From positions 124,001 to 188,000 of the IMG/VR virus record IMGVR_UViG_3300023179_000009: a stretch of DNA of 64,000 bases, one strand, 5' to 3'. This document shows positions 17,844 through 27,805 of this stretch, in pieces; positions within the stretch are counted from its first letter, which is position 1, and every line of letters starts with the position of its first letter. The notes beneath the pieces were generated by a model. The model was not told the origin of the DNA. It searched no databases and was given only the letters and a program-made list of their open reading frames with translations. A program made the position numbers and the translations under genes.

Positions 17844-18451
17844 AAACAATGTACAATCATAAAGACGGTGTAGTGTTAAGAAAAATTGAAAGAAGTGACC
17901 TCCAGTATCTTTTGAATTTAAAAAAAGAAAGTTGGTGGGGAACTCATTCTACACAAATAATTAACTTAGATGATCAAAATTATTGGTTTGATAACATTCC
18001 CAAAAATCAATTGTTTTTAATTGGAGAAGTTGAATGTGAAAGAATAGGTGTTGCCTCTTTAACCAATATAGATACCACAAACGGATCCCTCAACATATCA
18101 GGATCTGTTTTTAAAAATTATAGATCAAAATGGGCTTTTCCTTCTTTCTGTGCGGGTCTGGATTTTGCTTTTGAGATGTTTAACGTTCATCGTGTGGAAG
18201 CAGAAGTTCTGGAGTACCATGTGACAGCTCAGAAATTAGAAATTGAAAAGTTGGGATTTGTTGTAGAGGGCAAAAAAAGAAAATCTGTATTTAAATGTGG
18301 AAATTATTACGATTCAATCATATTAGGTATGCTTAGAGAAGATTGGTTAAAAAGCGAACGTGTAAAGCAATACGGAGATAGTTGCAATTTAAATTTTAGT
18401 CCAAATAGATTTAAAAAATTATCTAATTACTTTTCTAGAAAACTACCCTGA
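17840..18451 (+). CDS. GNAT N-acetyltransferase (RimJ/PseH-like)
   Basis: LRKIERSDL, FAFEMFNVHRVEAEVLEYH, LGFVVEGKKR, YYDSIILGMLREDW. Confidence 0.8.
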   Translation: MKTMYNHKDGVVLRKIERSDLQYLLNLKKESWWGTHSTQIINLDDQNYWFDNIPKNQLFLIGEVECERIGVASLTNIDTTNGSLNISGSVFKNYRSKWAFPSFCAGLDFAFEMFNVHRVEAEVLEYHVTAQKLEIEKLGFVVEGKKRKSVFKCGNYYDSIILGMLREDWLKSERVKQYGDSCNLNFSPNRFKKLSNYFSRKLP

Positions 18452-19315
18452 TCTTCCTTCCTTCTTTATTATTTTTTTTGGCCACTCTCCTATGTTTGGC
18501 AAAAGATTTTTCCCAATAATATAACTAATGGTCTCTGGTGTTGACCAAAATTCTAATAAATTTGCTAAATCTTCTTTATTTGGTTTCTTAATCATGTTTG
18601 ACCAAGATTGACATACTTTCTTATAAAGATCTTCTAATAAACCAAAATTATACAAGTCGTACCATTTTTTCCAACGATCACAAATAGCACTTCTTTTTAG
18701 TAAAGATTCGTGACCCTCCACCGCTTTTTTAACAAATTGAGAATATGACCTAATTGGATAGTGATGTCTCCATATTGTGTTTGCGTAGTGTACATTATTT
18801 ATTCCATCAAAACTATGATTTCCGTGTTTGATTACAATGTCGGGATCGGGTCTGTGTGCCACCTTGCATTCTCCTGGTAAATCGTGAAAATTTTCAAAAT
18901 CCAAATAATATCTCATCTTAATTTGGTCAAATTCACAACCAACGGGAGGGTGCAGGAACATTCTTGGAGAACTCACATACTTAACAGGTATATTTTTTAA
19001 ATTATTTAATCCACACCAAAATTCATCGGCATCTAGGTGAATAATCCAGTCGGGCTTCAATTTGCAAGCCACTCTTGCCATTTTTGTAACCCACTCTGAT
19101 TGATTATGATCTTCTCCTTGTTCTTCTATAATTTCACAAACTTCAGGATATGATTCTATTATATTTTTAGTTTTATCTTTTGATCTATTGTTTGTAACAA
19201 TAAAATACTTTACTCCCTGATTAATATGATGTTCTATATTTTTTCCTATAATATCTTCTTCGTCTTTTGCCAAAATTGTTGCGACTATTTTTAAATTAGA
19301 ATTTAATTGAAACAT
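18443..19315 (-). CDS. Glycosyltransferase family 2-like
   Basis: AKDEEDII, DWIIHLDADEFW, KVAHR, GNHS, RHHYPIRS. Confidence 0.85.
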   Translation of the reverse strand: MFQLNSNLKIVATILAKDEEDIIGKNIEHHINQGVKYFIVTNNRSKDKTKNIIESYPEVCEIIEEQGEDHNQSEWVTKMARVACKLKPDWIIHLDADEFWCGLNNLKNIPVKYVSSPRMFLHPPVGCEFDQIKMRYYLDFENFHDLPGECKVAHRPDPDIVIKHGNHSFDGINNVHYANTIWRHHYPIRSYSQFVKKAVEGHESLLKRSAICDRWKKWYDLYNFGLLEDLYKKVCQSWSNMIKKPNKEDLANLLEFWSTPETISYIIGKNLLPNIGEWPKKIIKKEGRSG

Positions 19316-20096
19316 GAAAAATAAGTTAAAAATTTTAATATTGATGGTTTATTATAATAGACCTATTTTGGTAAAAAATGCTTTAAGAAGTATTATAAAA
19401 TGCAATAATCATCATCAAAATTGGGTTCTTTTCTTTGGCGACGACGGCAGTCCCAATCCAGGAAAACCAATAGCAGAGGAAATCCTAGCAGATTTTAAAA
19501 ATCAAATTATTTTTGCTAATTCAAACGCCTCCCCAGAACAAAAAATACAGGAAGGTTTGGCGATAGGCAAATATGCAAATCAAGCCATAAAAAACTCCGA
19601 TGCTGATTTGGTTGTGACTCTTTGTGATGACGATGAGTTTTATCCTAATTATTTTTATAATTTAAATAATTTTTTTTTAAAAAATCAAGAAGTTCTTTAT
19701 TGTTATTCAAATATTATAACGTATAATCCTTTGTTCCAAAAAAGTGAAGACTCGGATTTTTTGTCGCACAAATACAATCAATATAAAAATCCTATAAATC
19801 CAGTTGGAAAATTAGATGCAACTCAAGTCGCCTGGAGGTCCGATTGTTGTAAAAAATTTGATGCTTGGTTCGCAGAAACTACAAAATTTATACAAGGCAA
19901 ACCATTAATTAAAGACACAGATCGCTCTTTTTTTGAAAATTTATATGATAAATGTGGGTTATGTCACCCAACTCATTTTATTTCTCAATATAAAGGCATT
20001 CATGACTATCAATTGTTATGGCACAAGAATGCACACAAAGAATCTCTTTTATCTTATTACAATAATTGCCAAAGACTGGCTGGAGAACTATTTTGA
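19314..20096 (+). CDS. Glycosyltransferase family 2
   Basis: YYNRP, GDDGS, LCDDD (DxD) GT-A motifs. Confidence 0.8.
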   Translation: MKNKLKILILMVYYNRPILVKNALRSIIKCNNHHQNWVLFFGDDGSPNPGKPIAEEILADFKNQIIFANSNASPEQKIQEGLAIGKYANQAIKNSDADLVVTLCDDDEFYPNYFYNLNNFFLKNQEVLYCYSNIITYNPLFQKSEDSDFLSHKYNQYKNPINPVGKLDATQVAWRSDCCKKFDAWFAETTKFIQGKPLIKDTDRSFFENLYDKCGLCHPTHFISQYKGIHDYQLLWHKNAHKESLLSYYNNCQRLAGELF

Positions 20097-21175
20097 AAAA
20101 CTTGTATGAAATCTTGGGTCTTGAAAAAAGTGCCTCAGAAGAAGATATTCGTAAGGCTTATCGTGATTTGGCAAAAAAATACCACCCTGATTTAAACCCT
20201 AACGATCCAGATGCAGCAGAAAATTTTAAACAAGTTTCTCGTGCTTTTGAAGTTTTAAGTAATAAAAATTCAAGATTTAATTATGACAACTATGGATCAA
20301 TTGAAGGAAATGATTTTTTTGAAAAACGCAAACCGTTTTCCTCGGCTTTTGAAGATATGTTTGCTCAATTTTTTAATAATAGACCTCAACAAGTTTCCAA
20401 AGGTGATGACATATTTTTGGAAGCCAACATAACATTAAATCAGGTTTTAAGTGGTGATGAAATAGATCTTTTTTATCAGAGAAAAAATATTTGTGATAAG
20501 TGCAATGGTTTTGGTGGTGATAGGATAAAGTGCAAACACTGTAACGGCACCGGTTCAAGAGTAATTCAGGGGAGAGCGATGACCGTTAGAACCGGCTGTC
20601 AAGCGTGCGGTGGCACCGGCAGCGTTATAGGTGAATCTTGTTCCAATTGTGAAGGAGGATACACCAACTCAGAGGAACAAAAAATAAAATTCAAAATTTT
20701 CCCTGGAGTAGACAATCGAATGAGATTTGTTCAAAAAGGTCTGGGAAACCCTCCAGTTGATTCTGATGGTGTTTTTGGCGATTTGTTTATATCAATAAAT
20801 GTGCAGAAGCATGAATATTTTGAAAGATTACCAAAAGGAGACATTTTAATAAATTGGCCTGTTGGATATTCTGAACTTGTTTTGGGAACTCAAATAGAAG
20901 TTCCTACGTTGGAAGGACGAGCCATGGTTGTTATTCCTCCAAAATCGAATCCGAATCAAAAGCTAAGACTGAGGAACTTGGGATTGCCCATATTTAATAC
21001 CAGTGACACTATATACCAACGTGGCGATCAATACGTTAACCTTTCGCTCTACACACCAAATGATTTGGGTGACAAAGAAAAAGAAATTTTTACTAAACTA
21101 ATGGAGTTAGAAAACTCTTGTTTAAATACAAATAGACAAGAAATTTTTAAAAAAATAGGAGAAAAAAATGGATGA
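20093..21175 (+). CDS. dnaJ: Chaperone DnaJ
   Basis: J-domain with HPD, CxxCxGxG repeats, C-terminal domain; TTG start at 20093 with GGAGA RBS. Confidence 0.93.
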   Translation: MKNLYEILGLEKSASEEDIRKAYRDLAKKYHPDLNPNDPDAAENFKQVSRAFEVLSNKNSRFNYDNYGSIEGNDFFEKRKPFSSAFEDMFAQFFNNRPQQVSKGDDIFLEANITLNQVLSGDEIDLFYQRKNICDKCNGFGGDRIKCKHCNGTGSRVIQGRAMTVRTGCQACGGTGSVIGESCSNCEGGYTNSEEQKIKFKIFPGVDNRMRFVQKGLGNPPVDSDGVFGDLFISINVQKHEYFERLPKGDILINWPVGYSELVLGTQIEVPTLEGRAMVVIPPKSNPNQKLRLRNLGLPIFNTSDTIYQRGDQYVNLSLYTPNDLGDKEKEIFTKLMELENSCLNTNRQEIFKKIGEKNG

Positions 21176-21497
21176 TTTAAAAAATAATAAAATATTTTTA
21201 ATAGTTGTTTTTTTAATTACAAGCAATCTGCTAGGTTTTGCTTTTAGTAAATTTATAATCAACGCCACAACAGATTGCGTTATTGAAAAATTAAAACAAA
21301 ATTATTCTCCATCTCCATATGGTCCAGGTTTCGACCCAGATAAAGTGAACCCTGAGAGTTTGCAGGTTGACACTCAGGGCGACGAATTATACTCAAAAAT
21401 TTCTTTTAAAAATGATCTCGCCCATGGATCTTATAATGGATTTGAATCTTGGCAAAAAGATTGGGAACAAGATCGTGGCTTCAATCCAGTACGATAG
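21168..21497 (+). CDS. Hypothetical protein with N-terminal membrane anchor
   Basis: Hydrophobic [18 protein letters not shown]; GGAG RBS. Confidence 0.65.
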   Translation: MDDLKNNKIFLIVVFLITSNLLGFAFSKFIINATTDCVIEKLKQNYSPSPYGPGFDPDKVNPESLQVDTQGDELYSKISFKNDLAHGSYNGFESWQKDWEQDRGFNPVR

Positions 21498-21900
21498 CTT
21501 TTTCTATTTTTGAAAAATTTTTTGAAAAATCATTGGGGTTTCTTTGAAACACCAAAGTTATAGTTTTGTTTATTTCAGGAATTCCTTTTATCTTTCTAAA
21601 CTCAACCTCAGAAAACAAGCACTCGGTTCCATCCGACAAAAGCATTCTTATTGGGGTCTTTTTAACGTCTAAAAATATTATTTTTGCAGTTTTTTCTATA
21701 TTTGGAATCACTAAATCAACAGGCTCTTTTTGATTATTTATGCTATCGTTTCCTCTCCATGGAGAATAATCATAAGTGTTATTTGTTGCCGATGATAAAA
21801 AATTTGAATAATTTTTGTTGTCAAAAATTTTATTTATTTTCTGTTCTATGTCTCCTAATCCAAACTCTTCTTTAATTAAAAATTGTTTAAATTTGGACAT
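21481..21900 (-). CDS. Hypothetical protein with CTS-like N-terminus
   Basis: Begins MSKFKQFLIKEE. Confidence 0.7.
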   Translation of the reverse strand: MSKFKQFLIKEEFGLGDIEQKINKIFDNKNYSNFLSSATNNTYDYSPWRGNDSINNQKEPVDLVIPNIEKTAKIIFLDVKKTPIRMLLSDGTECLFSEVEFRKIKGIPEINKTITLVFQRNPNDFSKNFSKIEKAIVLD

Positions 21901-21937
21901 ATATTACTCTTATAAAATATAGGCAGCCCCAATATCT

Positions 21938-22231
21938 ATGTCTGAAAAAATAGAAATAAAAGAGTTAGTTTTCTTAACACCAGCAAAATTGAAAATGGTT
22001 GTTGATGGTCAAGAAAAAACTATGATGGTCAATGTGGATTTGGTTAATAAAAAAGTTTACTCCCAAACCGGTGATTCTTTTTATAGTGATCATATTTTTT
22101 CTTATTTAGATTCGATGTATATTCTTCCAGAAGACTTTTTCTCGTCCTCTGAAGAAGTTAATGAAGAGGTGGCCGAAGCAGAGAAAACTGTTGACGAGAT
22201 AATGAACCAAGACATAGGAGAAATAATATGA
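21938..22231 (+). CDS. Hypothetical acidic protein
   Basis: 97-aa ORF, translationally coupled downstream. Confidence 0.65.
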   Translation: MSEKIEIKELVFLTPAKLKMVVDGQEKTMMVNVDLVNKKVYSQTGDSFYSDHIFSYLDSMYILPEDFFSSSEEVNEEVAEAEKTVDEIMNQDIGEII

Positions 22232-22524
22232 GTGAAGCCGGTTCTATAAAAGCCCAAGTTTACGTCCCAGGCAAGTCTGGTGGAAAATTACAGAGGCAGT
22301 TAACCCTGGATACCATCGTAAGTTGGATCAAGGTGCAAGGTTTGGACGAATATACAACAAATGGACTCATAGAATTAGCAAAAAGATATCCCACACAAGC
22401 TTTTCCTAGTTTTAGAAAAAATTTCAACTTAATGATCGAAAGAGTAAGGTCAAAAAGAAAAAAAGAAATTAATGCTAATTGCGATTCAAAAGAAGAAAAA
22501 TCTAAAGAATTGGATGATGTATGA
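22228..22524 (+). CDS. Hypothetical protein
   Basis: AGGAG RBS, ATGA overlap. Confidence 0.7.
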   Translation: MSEAGSIKAQVYVPGKSGGKLQRQLTLDTIVSWIKVQGLDEYTTNGLIELAKRYPTQAFPSFRKNFNLMIERVRSKRKKEINANCDSKEEKSKELDDV

Positions 22525-22727
22525 GCGTATCTATTCTGGTTAGTATAGCTCGCCAAGTTATGGGTGAGTATGTTTTTGTTCGTGTTGTAAAAGCCGACAA
22601 AAATAGTGAAAATTTATTTAAATTTTTAAGAGAAAATGAACTTCCAAGAACAACCAAAATAGGAGAAATAGAGTGTTTTATAGAATATGGTGTTATAGAG
22701 AATGTAGAAGTTGAAGGTTTGAATTGA
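22521..22727 (+). CDS. Hypothetical protein
   Basis: ATGA overlap with upstream gene. Confidence 0.6.
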   Translation: MSVSILVSIARQVMGEYVFVRVVKADKNSENLFKFLRENELPRTTKIGEIECFIEYGVIENVEVEGLN

Positions 22728-22732
22728 CTATT

Positions 22733-23395
22733 CTATTCTATTTCTAATAGTAAATTTTTAATAGAATGTTTATCGGATAAACCTCCAGTAACCCCATAAA
22801 ATCTTAATCGGTATAAGTCTAGATTGCTTGCCGCTGTATCAAAAAAATTACAAGATGTACTCGATAAATCTATTATTGTTTTGGATACCAACCCATCTAT
22901 GCTAAAGTTTATTTGTTTTTTTGACTTATCTGCCTCAAAATTTAATCTTCTATAAGAGTTATTTCTTAGACCACTATTGCTGTAGAAAAATCTATTTGAT
23001 ACATCTCTATAAAATTTTATCCCAACCCCATCGCCGCTATTATTATATGTGTCTATAAAAAATCTTAGTCCCTGCGACCTGTACCTGTTTCCCCCCAACA
23101 ATGGTTGAGCGGCTATCACGGATAATTCAAAACCAAGACCATCCGCCCCGCCGCCATCAAATATCCTATAATCAAAAGACATTTTAAAATAACGTTTTTC
23201 TTTAAATTTTATATTAGAAAATTCAGCCGATCCTGTGCTGTTGCTTATATTTGGAGTTAAAATTAATTCATTATTTAATATGGAAGCGCTATTAGATAAT
23301 ATAATTCCTGTTGAGTTTGAAAAATCAAAAAAATATCGAAATAATGACGAAGTCGATCCTCTAGAAACTATTTTGTGTATCAAACCACCAAACAT
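22733..23395 (-). CDS. Concanavalin/L-type lectin-like domain protein, possible virion component
   Basis: FKMSFDYRIFDGGGADGLGF and YGVTGGLSDKHSIKNL match legume-lectin-like folds; start set at TAATG overlap. Confidence 0.6.
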   Translation of the reverse strand: MFGGLIHKIVSRGSTSSLFRYFFDFSNSTGIILSNSASILNNELILTPNISNSTGSAEFSNIKFKEKRYFKMSFDYRIFDGGGADGLGFELSVIAAQPLLGGNRYRSQGLRFFIDTYNNSGDGVGIKFYRDVSNRFFYSNSGLRNNSYRRLNFEADKSKKQINFSIDGLVSKTIIDLSSTSCNFFDTAASNLDLYRLRFYGVTGGLSDKHSIKNLLLEIE

Positions 23396-23790
23396 TAGTA
23401 GTTTTGCCCTCCAATAAAACCAAACCAATTAACGCCTTTATCCATTGTAATAAAACTAAAAAAATCCTTTTTACCATCCGTCTGAGTGACGACAGCCGAT
23501 GCACTATTTTGCCATTTTACGTTACTAGGCCAAGAAACCACCCTACCTGACCCTGATATTGTCAACACTAAAGTAAAAGCAACTATAATGTTGTCTAAAT
23601 TAGGTACATTTAAAATGTTTATTGTGGTTATATTTTCATTAAGTGTTATTAAAAAAACATTACCTTGATTTAAATCTATATTTAAAATTCCACTTGTTAT
23701 AGTCGAATTTGTATAAATTTCTTTATATTTTGATAAAATTAAATCAGTAACATTATAGTCTGTTAGTTTTAGTTTGTTTTTAATTGGCAT
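23395..23790 (-). CDS. Probable tail-fibre-associated protein
   Basis: IDLNQGNVFLITLNENIT...VSWPSNVKW...DFFSF...NWFG pattern typical of phage fibre C-terminal modules. Confidence 0.6.
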   Translation of the reverse strand: MPIKNKLKLTDYNVTDLILSKYKEIYTNSTITSGILNIDLNQGNVFLITLNENITTINILNVPNLDNIIVAFTLVLTISGSGRVVSWPSNVKWQNSASAVVTQTDGKKDFFSFITMDKGVNWFGFIGGQNY

Positions 23791-23794
23791 TTTA

Positions 23795-24124
23795 TTACTT
23801 AGATTCTCTCCACTTTAACCACTCTTGAAAAGTTGGAAGTGATTTATGGTATTTTTGACTCTCTTCTTTTTTGCAATCGCATCCCTCTTCACAATCACAA
23901 TCTTTTTCTTTTATTGCTTTTTGTATTGCTTCTCCTCTCTTCTTTTCATATGAAGAAAGTTTCCCATCTTTATCCAAGTCCGCTTTTTCTTTGTTTATTT
24001 CATGATCATCATGATTATCTTTGTTTTTTGTTTTTTTGTTTTTTTTGCTATTTAAAATAGCGTCTTGTAATTTTTGGGGTAATTTTTCTTGTGCCGGTGT
24101 GAGTTTGCTGCTTGATTTTTTCAC
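23795..24124 (-). CDS. Hypothetical charged protein with EF-hand-like DLDKDGKLSSYE motif
   Basis: KADLDKDGKLSSYEKKRGEAI; C-terminal PTFQEWL; GTG start with AAGGAG. Confidence 0.65.
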   Translation of the reverse strand: MKKSSSKLTPAQEKLPQKLQDAILNSKKNKKTKNKDNHDDHEINKEKADLDKDGKLSSYEKKRGEAIQKAIKEKDCDCEEGCDCKKEESQKYHKSLPTFQEWLKWRESK

Positions 24125-24204
24125 AATAAATCTCCTTTTCTTAATTTATCTAGTTTTTTTTGAAAAATTTTTTATACAAACTATCTTAAAAAGAGGTAAA
24201 CTTT

Positions 24205-24936
24205 ATGAATCAACCGTTTAATCCACTAGAATCACCATCGGACAAGCCCACTCTTAGTTTTAATTTAAATGATGGATCCAATGAGCAAGTTTCTATTATC
24301 GTGGTTCACCACAATAGACCCGAATATTTGAATATATGTCTTCAATCTATTCATGCAATGAGTAATCTTAATAATTATGAGGTCATAGTTGTTGACAACG
24401 CTTCGGATCAAGAGACTCAAGAATATTTAGAGGTTCTTCAACAAGAGGGAATTAAGGTAATTAAAAATAAAACTAATGAGTATTGGTCAAAGGCCGCAAA
24501 TCAAGGTGTTGCTGTTGCTGATCCAAATTCAAAGTATTTTATTTTTATGCACGCAGATACGGTTGTTTTAGACCCTGCTTGGATTGATGTTATGGTTAAC
24601 CTGTCAGAAAGTAGATCTGCTGGTGTTGTTGGAACAAGTCTTCACGCATATTATATTCAAAAACAGCAGGTTAATTTTGTTCAAGAATACTGTATGTTGG
24701 TGAGTCGTCGTTGTTGGGATGATATCGGCCCTTGGCCAGAGGAATTGCCTCTTGTGGGAATGTCATTTATTATGACTCTAAGGGCACAATATAAAGGACA
24801 CACTCCACAAGCAATAGGCAATAATATTGTGCATCACTATAAGGCTTTTGGGATGGACCCAAGCGAATACGAGAGAATGTGCGAACAAGCCATGGGAATA
24901 GTTGGCAAGTTGATGGCTGCGGCACAAAAGAAATAA
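24205..24936 (+). CDS. Glycosyltransferase family 2
   Basis: VSIIVVHHNRPEYL, VIVVDNASD, FMHADT. Confidence 0.85.
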   Translation: MNQPFNPLESPSDKPTLSFNLNDGSNEQVSIIVVHHNRPEYLNICLQSIHAMSNLNNYEVIVVDNASDQETQEYLEVLQQEGIKVIKNKTNEYWSKAANQGVAVADPNSKYFIFMHADTVVLDPAWIDVMVNLSESRSAGVVGTSLHAYYIQKQQVNFVQEYCMLVSRRCWDDIGPWPEELPLVGMSFIMTLRAQYKGHTPQAIGNNIVHHYKAFGMDPSEYERMCEQAMGIVGKLMAAAQKK

Positions 24937-24937
24937 T

Positions 24938-26089
24938 TCACACGCTTGTTACTCTCAAAGGCGTTATTTGACGACCAGATTTGCCCACGATCCCAATTTG
25001 GTCATTGATTTTTATTTTTGTTGGCGAAGATAACAATGTTCCATTTAAAATAGTTTTATTCACCGCTGTCGCAACGGGAGTAATATACCAACCATCTTTT
25101 GATTTTTTAAATAGCATTTGTGGGTTTGAGAAATATTGAGACACCTCCTGCCCCAAATATTGTTTTAGCCGTATTGCTCCTATAGTTGCGTCAATGTTTA
25201 TATTTATTGGCCCCCCGTTCGTTGCTATAGTTAAGGTTTTTGGAGAATATTCTTGTGAAGTTGATTGTGGATTTTGGCTTGTTTTCGATTGACCATGCCC
25301 GCTTAAATAAGGAGAAGCGACAGGGTCAGACATTAAAAATTCTAGTTCTGTATCTTTCCATAACCGTAACTTTGTAGTTACAAAATTAGGTCTGGGAATA
25401 CCAGGTTTACTTAATAATATTGCAGATAATCTTAGACTTACAAGCTCGGTCTGACTAAGTTTATTACCAGTGCTACCTGTAAAATCTTCTCCTGTGTCTG
25501 TCGCCAATCCTAAAACATTGATTCCTTTTGTGAGTTCGCCTATTTTGCTTTCGCCTTGTTTCGATAAATAAATTACAAAATTATCCCTCCTGGATTCAAA
25601 ACTGCCCCCTTTGGCTGCAAATTTGAACTTGCGGAAGTTTGCTGAATTTTGTTTTATAAATTCAGCAAGATTCACAGCATACTCTAAATTACTTGGTGGT
25701 ATTTTTACATGTATCTTTTTTTTCGCATCATCGGGTTTATATCCCTCGATTTCAAAAAAGTACCAAGATCCCTCAGTGTCATTTGTGACATCAAAACCCA
25801 TAGATTTAATTCTATTAGCAATTGTGTATAATTTAGACGCCAACTCTGGATTTGTTTCTGGCATGAACATTCCTCTACTCGTATCACCAGATATTAAATT
25901 ATAAAAAGCATCCTTCCAATTGTGTCCTAGTTGAGTATATTGGTCCGTCTTAAAATTAGGAATCACCCCCGCACTGGACAAATTTTTTATTGCATCTTGA
26001 TATGTGGGTGCGGATAAAATCAATGAAGACAATCTCTTAAAGATATCTTCGGCACTTTCCATGTTTTCTAGCCAAATTTTAAATCGCAT
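24938..26089 (-). CDS. CTS-bearing protein with putative phosphothreonine-lyase-like domain and C-terminal FHA domain
   Basis: N-term MRFKIWLENME; middle KKIHVK...KFKF...RRDNFVIY...VSLR; C-term YFSNPQMLF...WYITP...NKTILNGTLL...IKINDQIGI. Confidence 0.55.
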   Translation of the reverse strand: MRFKIWLENMESAEDIFKRLSSLILSAPTYQDAIKNLSSAGVIPNFKTDQYTQLGHNWKDAFYNLISGDTSRGMFMPETNPELASKLYTIANRIKSMGFDVTNDTEGSWYFFEIEGYKPDDAKKKIHVKIPPSNLEYAVNLAEFIKQNSANFRKFKFAAKGGSFESRRDNFVIYLSKQGESKIGELTKGINVLGLATDTGEDFTGSTGNKLSQTELVSLRLSAILLSKPGIPRPNFVTTKLRLWKDTELEFLMSDPVASPYLSGHGQSKTSQNPQSTSQEYSPKTLTIATNGGPININIDATIGAIRLKQYLGQEVSQYFSNPQMLFKKSKDGWYITPVATAVNKTILNGTLLSSPTKIKINDQIGIVGKSGRQITPLRVTSV

Positions 26090-26561
26090 TGTGCAAAGTC
26101 CTTATAAATCCCATCCACTCAGGGTTGTTGTAGGTTGCATTTTTGTGTTTGGAATAAAAATTGGCATAGCAATGACAAAAAATTTCTTCGGGTATTTGTT
26201 TTAAAGAATCCTTTGCCTCAGGATTTTCTTGTGTTTGTTTTTCAAAGTTTTTTTTAACAACACTAGACCATTGATTTTTTATTTCTTTTGATAATCTTTC
26301 ATATACAAGATGAGCTATTTCGTGGAGAATTGTAAATTCTCTTGAAAAATTCCAAGGTGCCGCTATTGCTATTTCTTTTGAGTATTTGTCCATATAGCCA
26401 ACGTGCTTATCATCTCCATTTAGTGTGTTTCCGGCATGAAACTTCCATTTGTACCCTCTAACAAGATCTGAGTGTGCTTTTGGTAACTTGGAAAGAGTTT
26501 TTTGAATATCTTCTTTTTCTTCTTCCATGTTATCTTGAAGAAATTTTTTAAAGTTTAACAT
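26079..26561 (-). CDS. Zincin-like metallopeptidase domain protein with CTS-like N-terminus
   Basis: TILHEIAH (HExxH) and downstream EEIFC; begins MLNFKKFLQDNMEE. Confidence 0.65.
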   Translation of the reverse strand: MLNFKKFLQDNMEEEKEDIQKTLSKLPKAHSDLVRGYKWKFHAGNTLNGDDKHVGYMDKYSKEIAIAAPWNFSREFTILHEIAHLVYERLSKEIKNQWSSVVKKNFEKQTQENPEAKDSLKQIPEEIFCHCYANFYSKHKNATYNNPEWMGFIRTLHNAI

Positions 26562-26599
26562 AAAAGTATTTAGTTTTTTCTATTATATTTTGTACAAAC

Positions 26600-27039
26600 A
26601 AGTCTACTTTGGACTTTAAATTTAGCATTATCTTTTTTGTCGAAAAGAGGTTCATGTGATTTCCCATAAAATTACACATACCACCAATGTTTGGTGCGAG
26701 GTTGCGAACCTAACCTAATGGGCGGAAAGTCCGGAAAGAACAGTAATCTTTTCAAGTTTGTATTAAAAAAATCATTGAAAAAGTAAAGATTTAAGGGTGG
26801 GGTGACAAAAATTGTCAATAAATATTATTAAAAGTTTCAATAATTAAATACTTTTTAGTTGTAAAGTATTTAATACAAATCCAAATTGGTTGAGATTCTT
26901 TTAAAAACAACTATCTTCTTTTCAATTGTCAAGGTTATGAAGACAGGGTTGAATTTAGGTTGTTAGATTAGCACTTGGTATCTTTTCAAATGAATTGTGA
27001 TATTTTTTACCTTGCCAATTAATATTGGCAAGGTTTTTT
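26600..27039 (+). ncRNA. Candidate large structured non-coding RNA (unassigned)
   Basis: ORF-free 528-bp intergenic region with at least seven short stems, ending in a + strand intrinsic terminator. Confidence 0.35.
27009..27039 (+). terminator. Rho-independent terminator
   Basis: ACCTTGCCAAT-TAAT-ATTGGCAAGGT followed by a T run. Confidence 0.8.
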
Positions 27040-27089
27040 ATTATTAATGTTGGATTCTAAATATAGTATGCATTTTTGAAAGGACATAG

Positions 27090-27803
27090 ATGGGATTTAA
27101 AAAAAGAAAATCTGCAAATTTAAAAAACGAAAAAAATAAAAACGCAAAAAACACCAAACCGATTAAAGTTCCTCAATCCAATTCAAATTTTCATATTGAA
27201 TTTAAGAATAAAATTCAAAACGAAGCTTGGGCGGCTTTTCAAAAATTTGATGTTCTTTTTTTGCTAGGATCAGCAGGTACAGGCAAAACTTTTTTAGCTA
27301 GCGCTTTTGCAATAGAACAAATATTAAATAATAAAAGAAATAAAATTATTTTGACTAGACCCATTGTAGAAGCCGGTGAGTCTTTAGGTTTTTTACCTGG
27401 AGAGTTTTCTGAAAAGGTGCATCCTTATATGATACCTCTTTATGATTGCATGGATCAAATGGTTGGATCTCATGGGCCTTGGAGAGAAAAAATAGACCAA
27501 GCCGTTGAGGTGGCTCCTATAGCTTTTATGCGTGGTCGTTCATTTTTAAATTCTATTTGTATTTTTGATGAAGCACAAAATGCTTCTCTTTTGCAATTAA
27601 AATTATTTCTTACTCGCTTTGGGGAAAATAGTAAAATTATCATCACAGGAGATCCGACTCAAAGCGATATTGGTAACAAAGTTGCTTTGGTAGATGTTGT
27701 TCAAAAATTAAGAGGACTAGATGGTGTTGGTGTTATAGAATTTAATAATGATTGTATAGTTAGACATCCTTTAGTTGGTAAAATAATTGATAGATTAGGT
27801 TAA
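27090..27803 (+). CDS. phoH: PhoH family ATPase
   Basis: GSAGTGKT, TRPIVEAGESLGFLPG, MRGRSF, IFDEAQN, ITGDPTQSD, VRHPLV. Confidence 0.95.
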   Translation: MGFKKRKSANLKNEKNKNAKNTKPIKVPQSNSNFHIEFKNKIQNEAWAAFQKFDVLFLLGSAGTGKTFLASAFAIEQILNNKRNKIILTRPIVEAGESLGFLPGEFSEKVHPYMIPLYDCMDQMVGSHGPWREKIDQAVEVAPIAFMRGRSFLNSICIFDEAQNASLLQLKLFLTRFGENSKIIITGDPTQSDIGNKVALVDVVQKLRGLDGVGVIEFNNDCIVRHPLVGKIIDRLG

Positions 27804-27805
27804 GA

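Noticed and set aside
26720-26745. GCGGAAAGTCCGG resembles the RNase P RNA P4 5' strand (GAGGAAAGUCC)
   Set aside because: No complementary CCGGCTT-type 3' strand or ACAGAA...GCTTA motif downstream; kept only as an unassigned ncRNA candidate.
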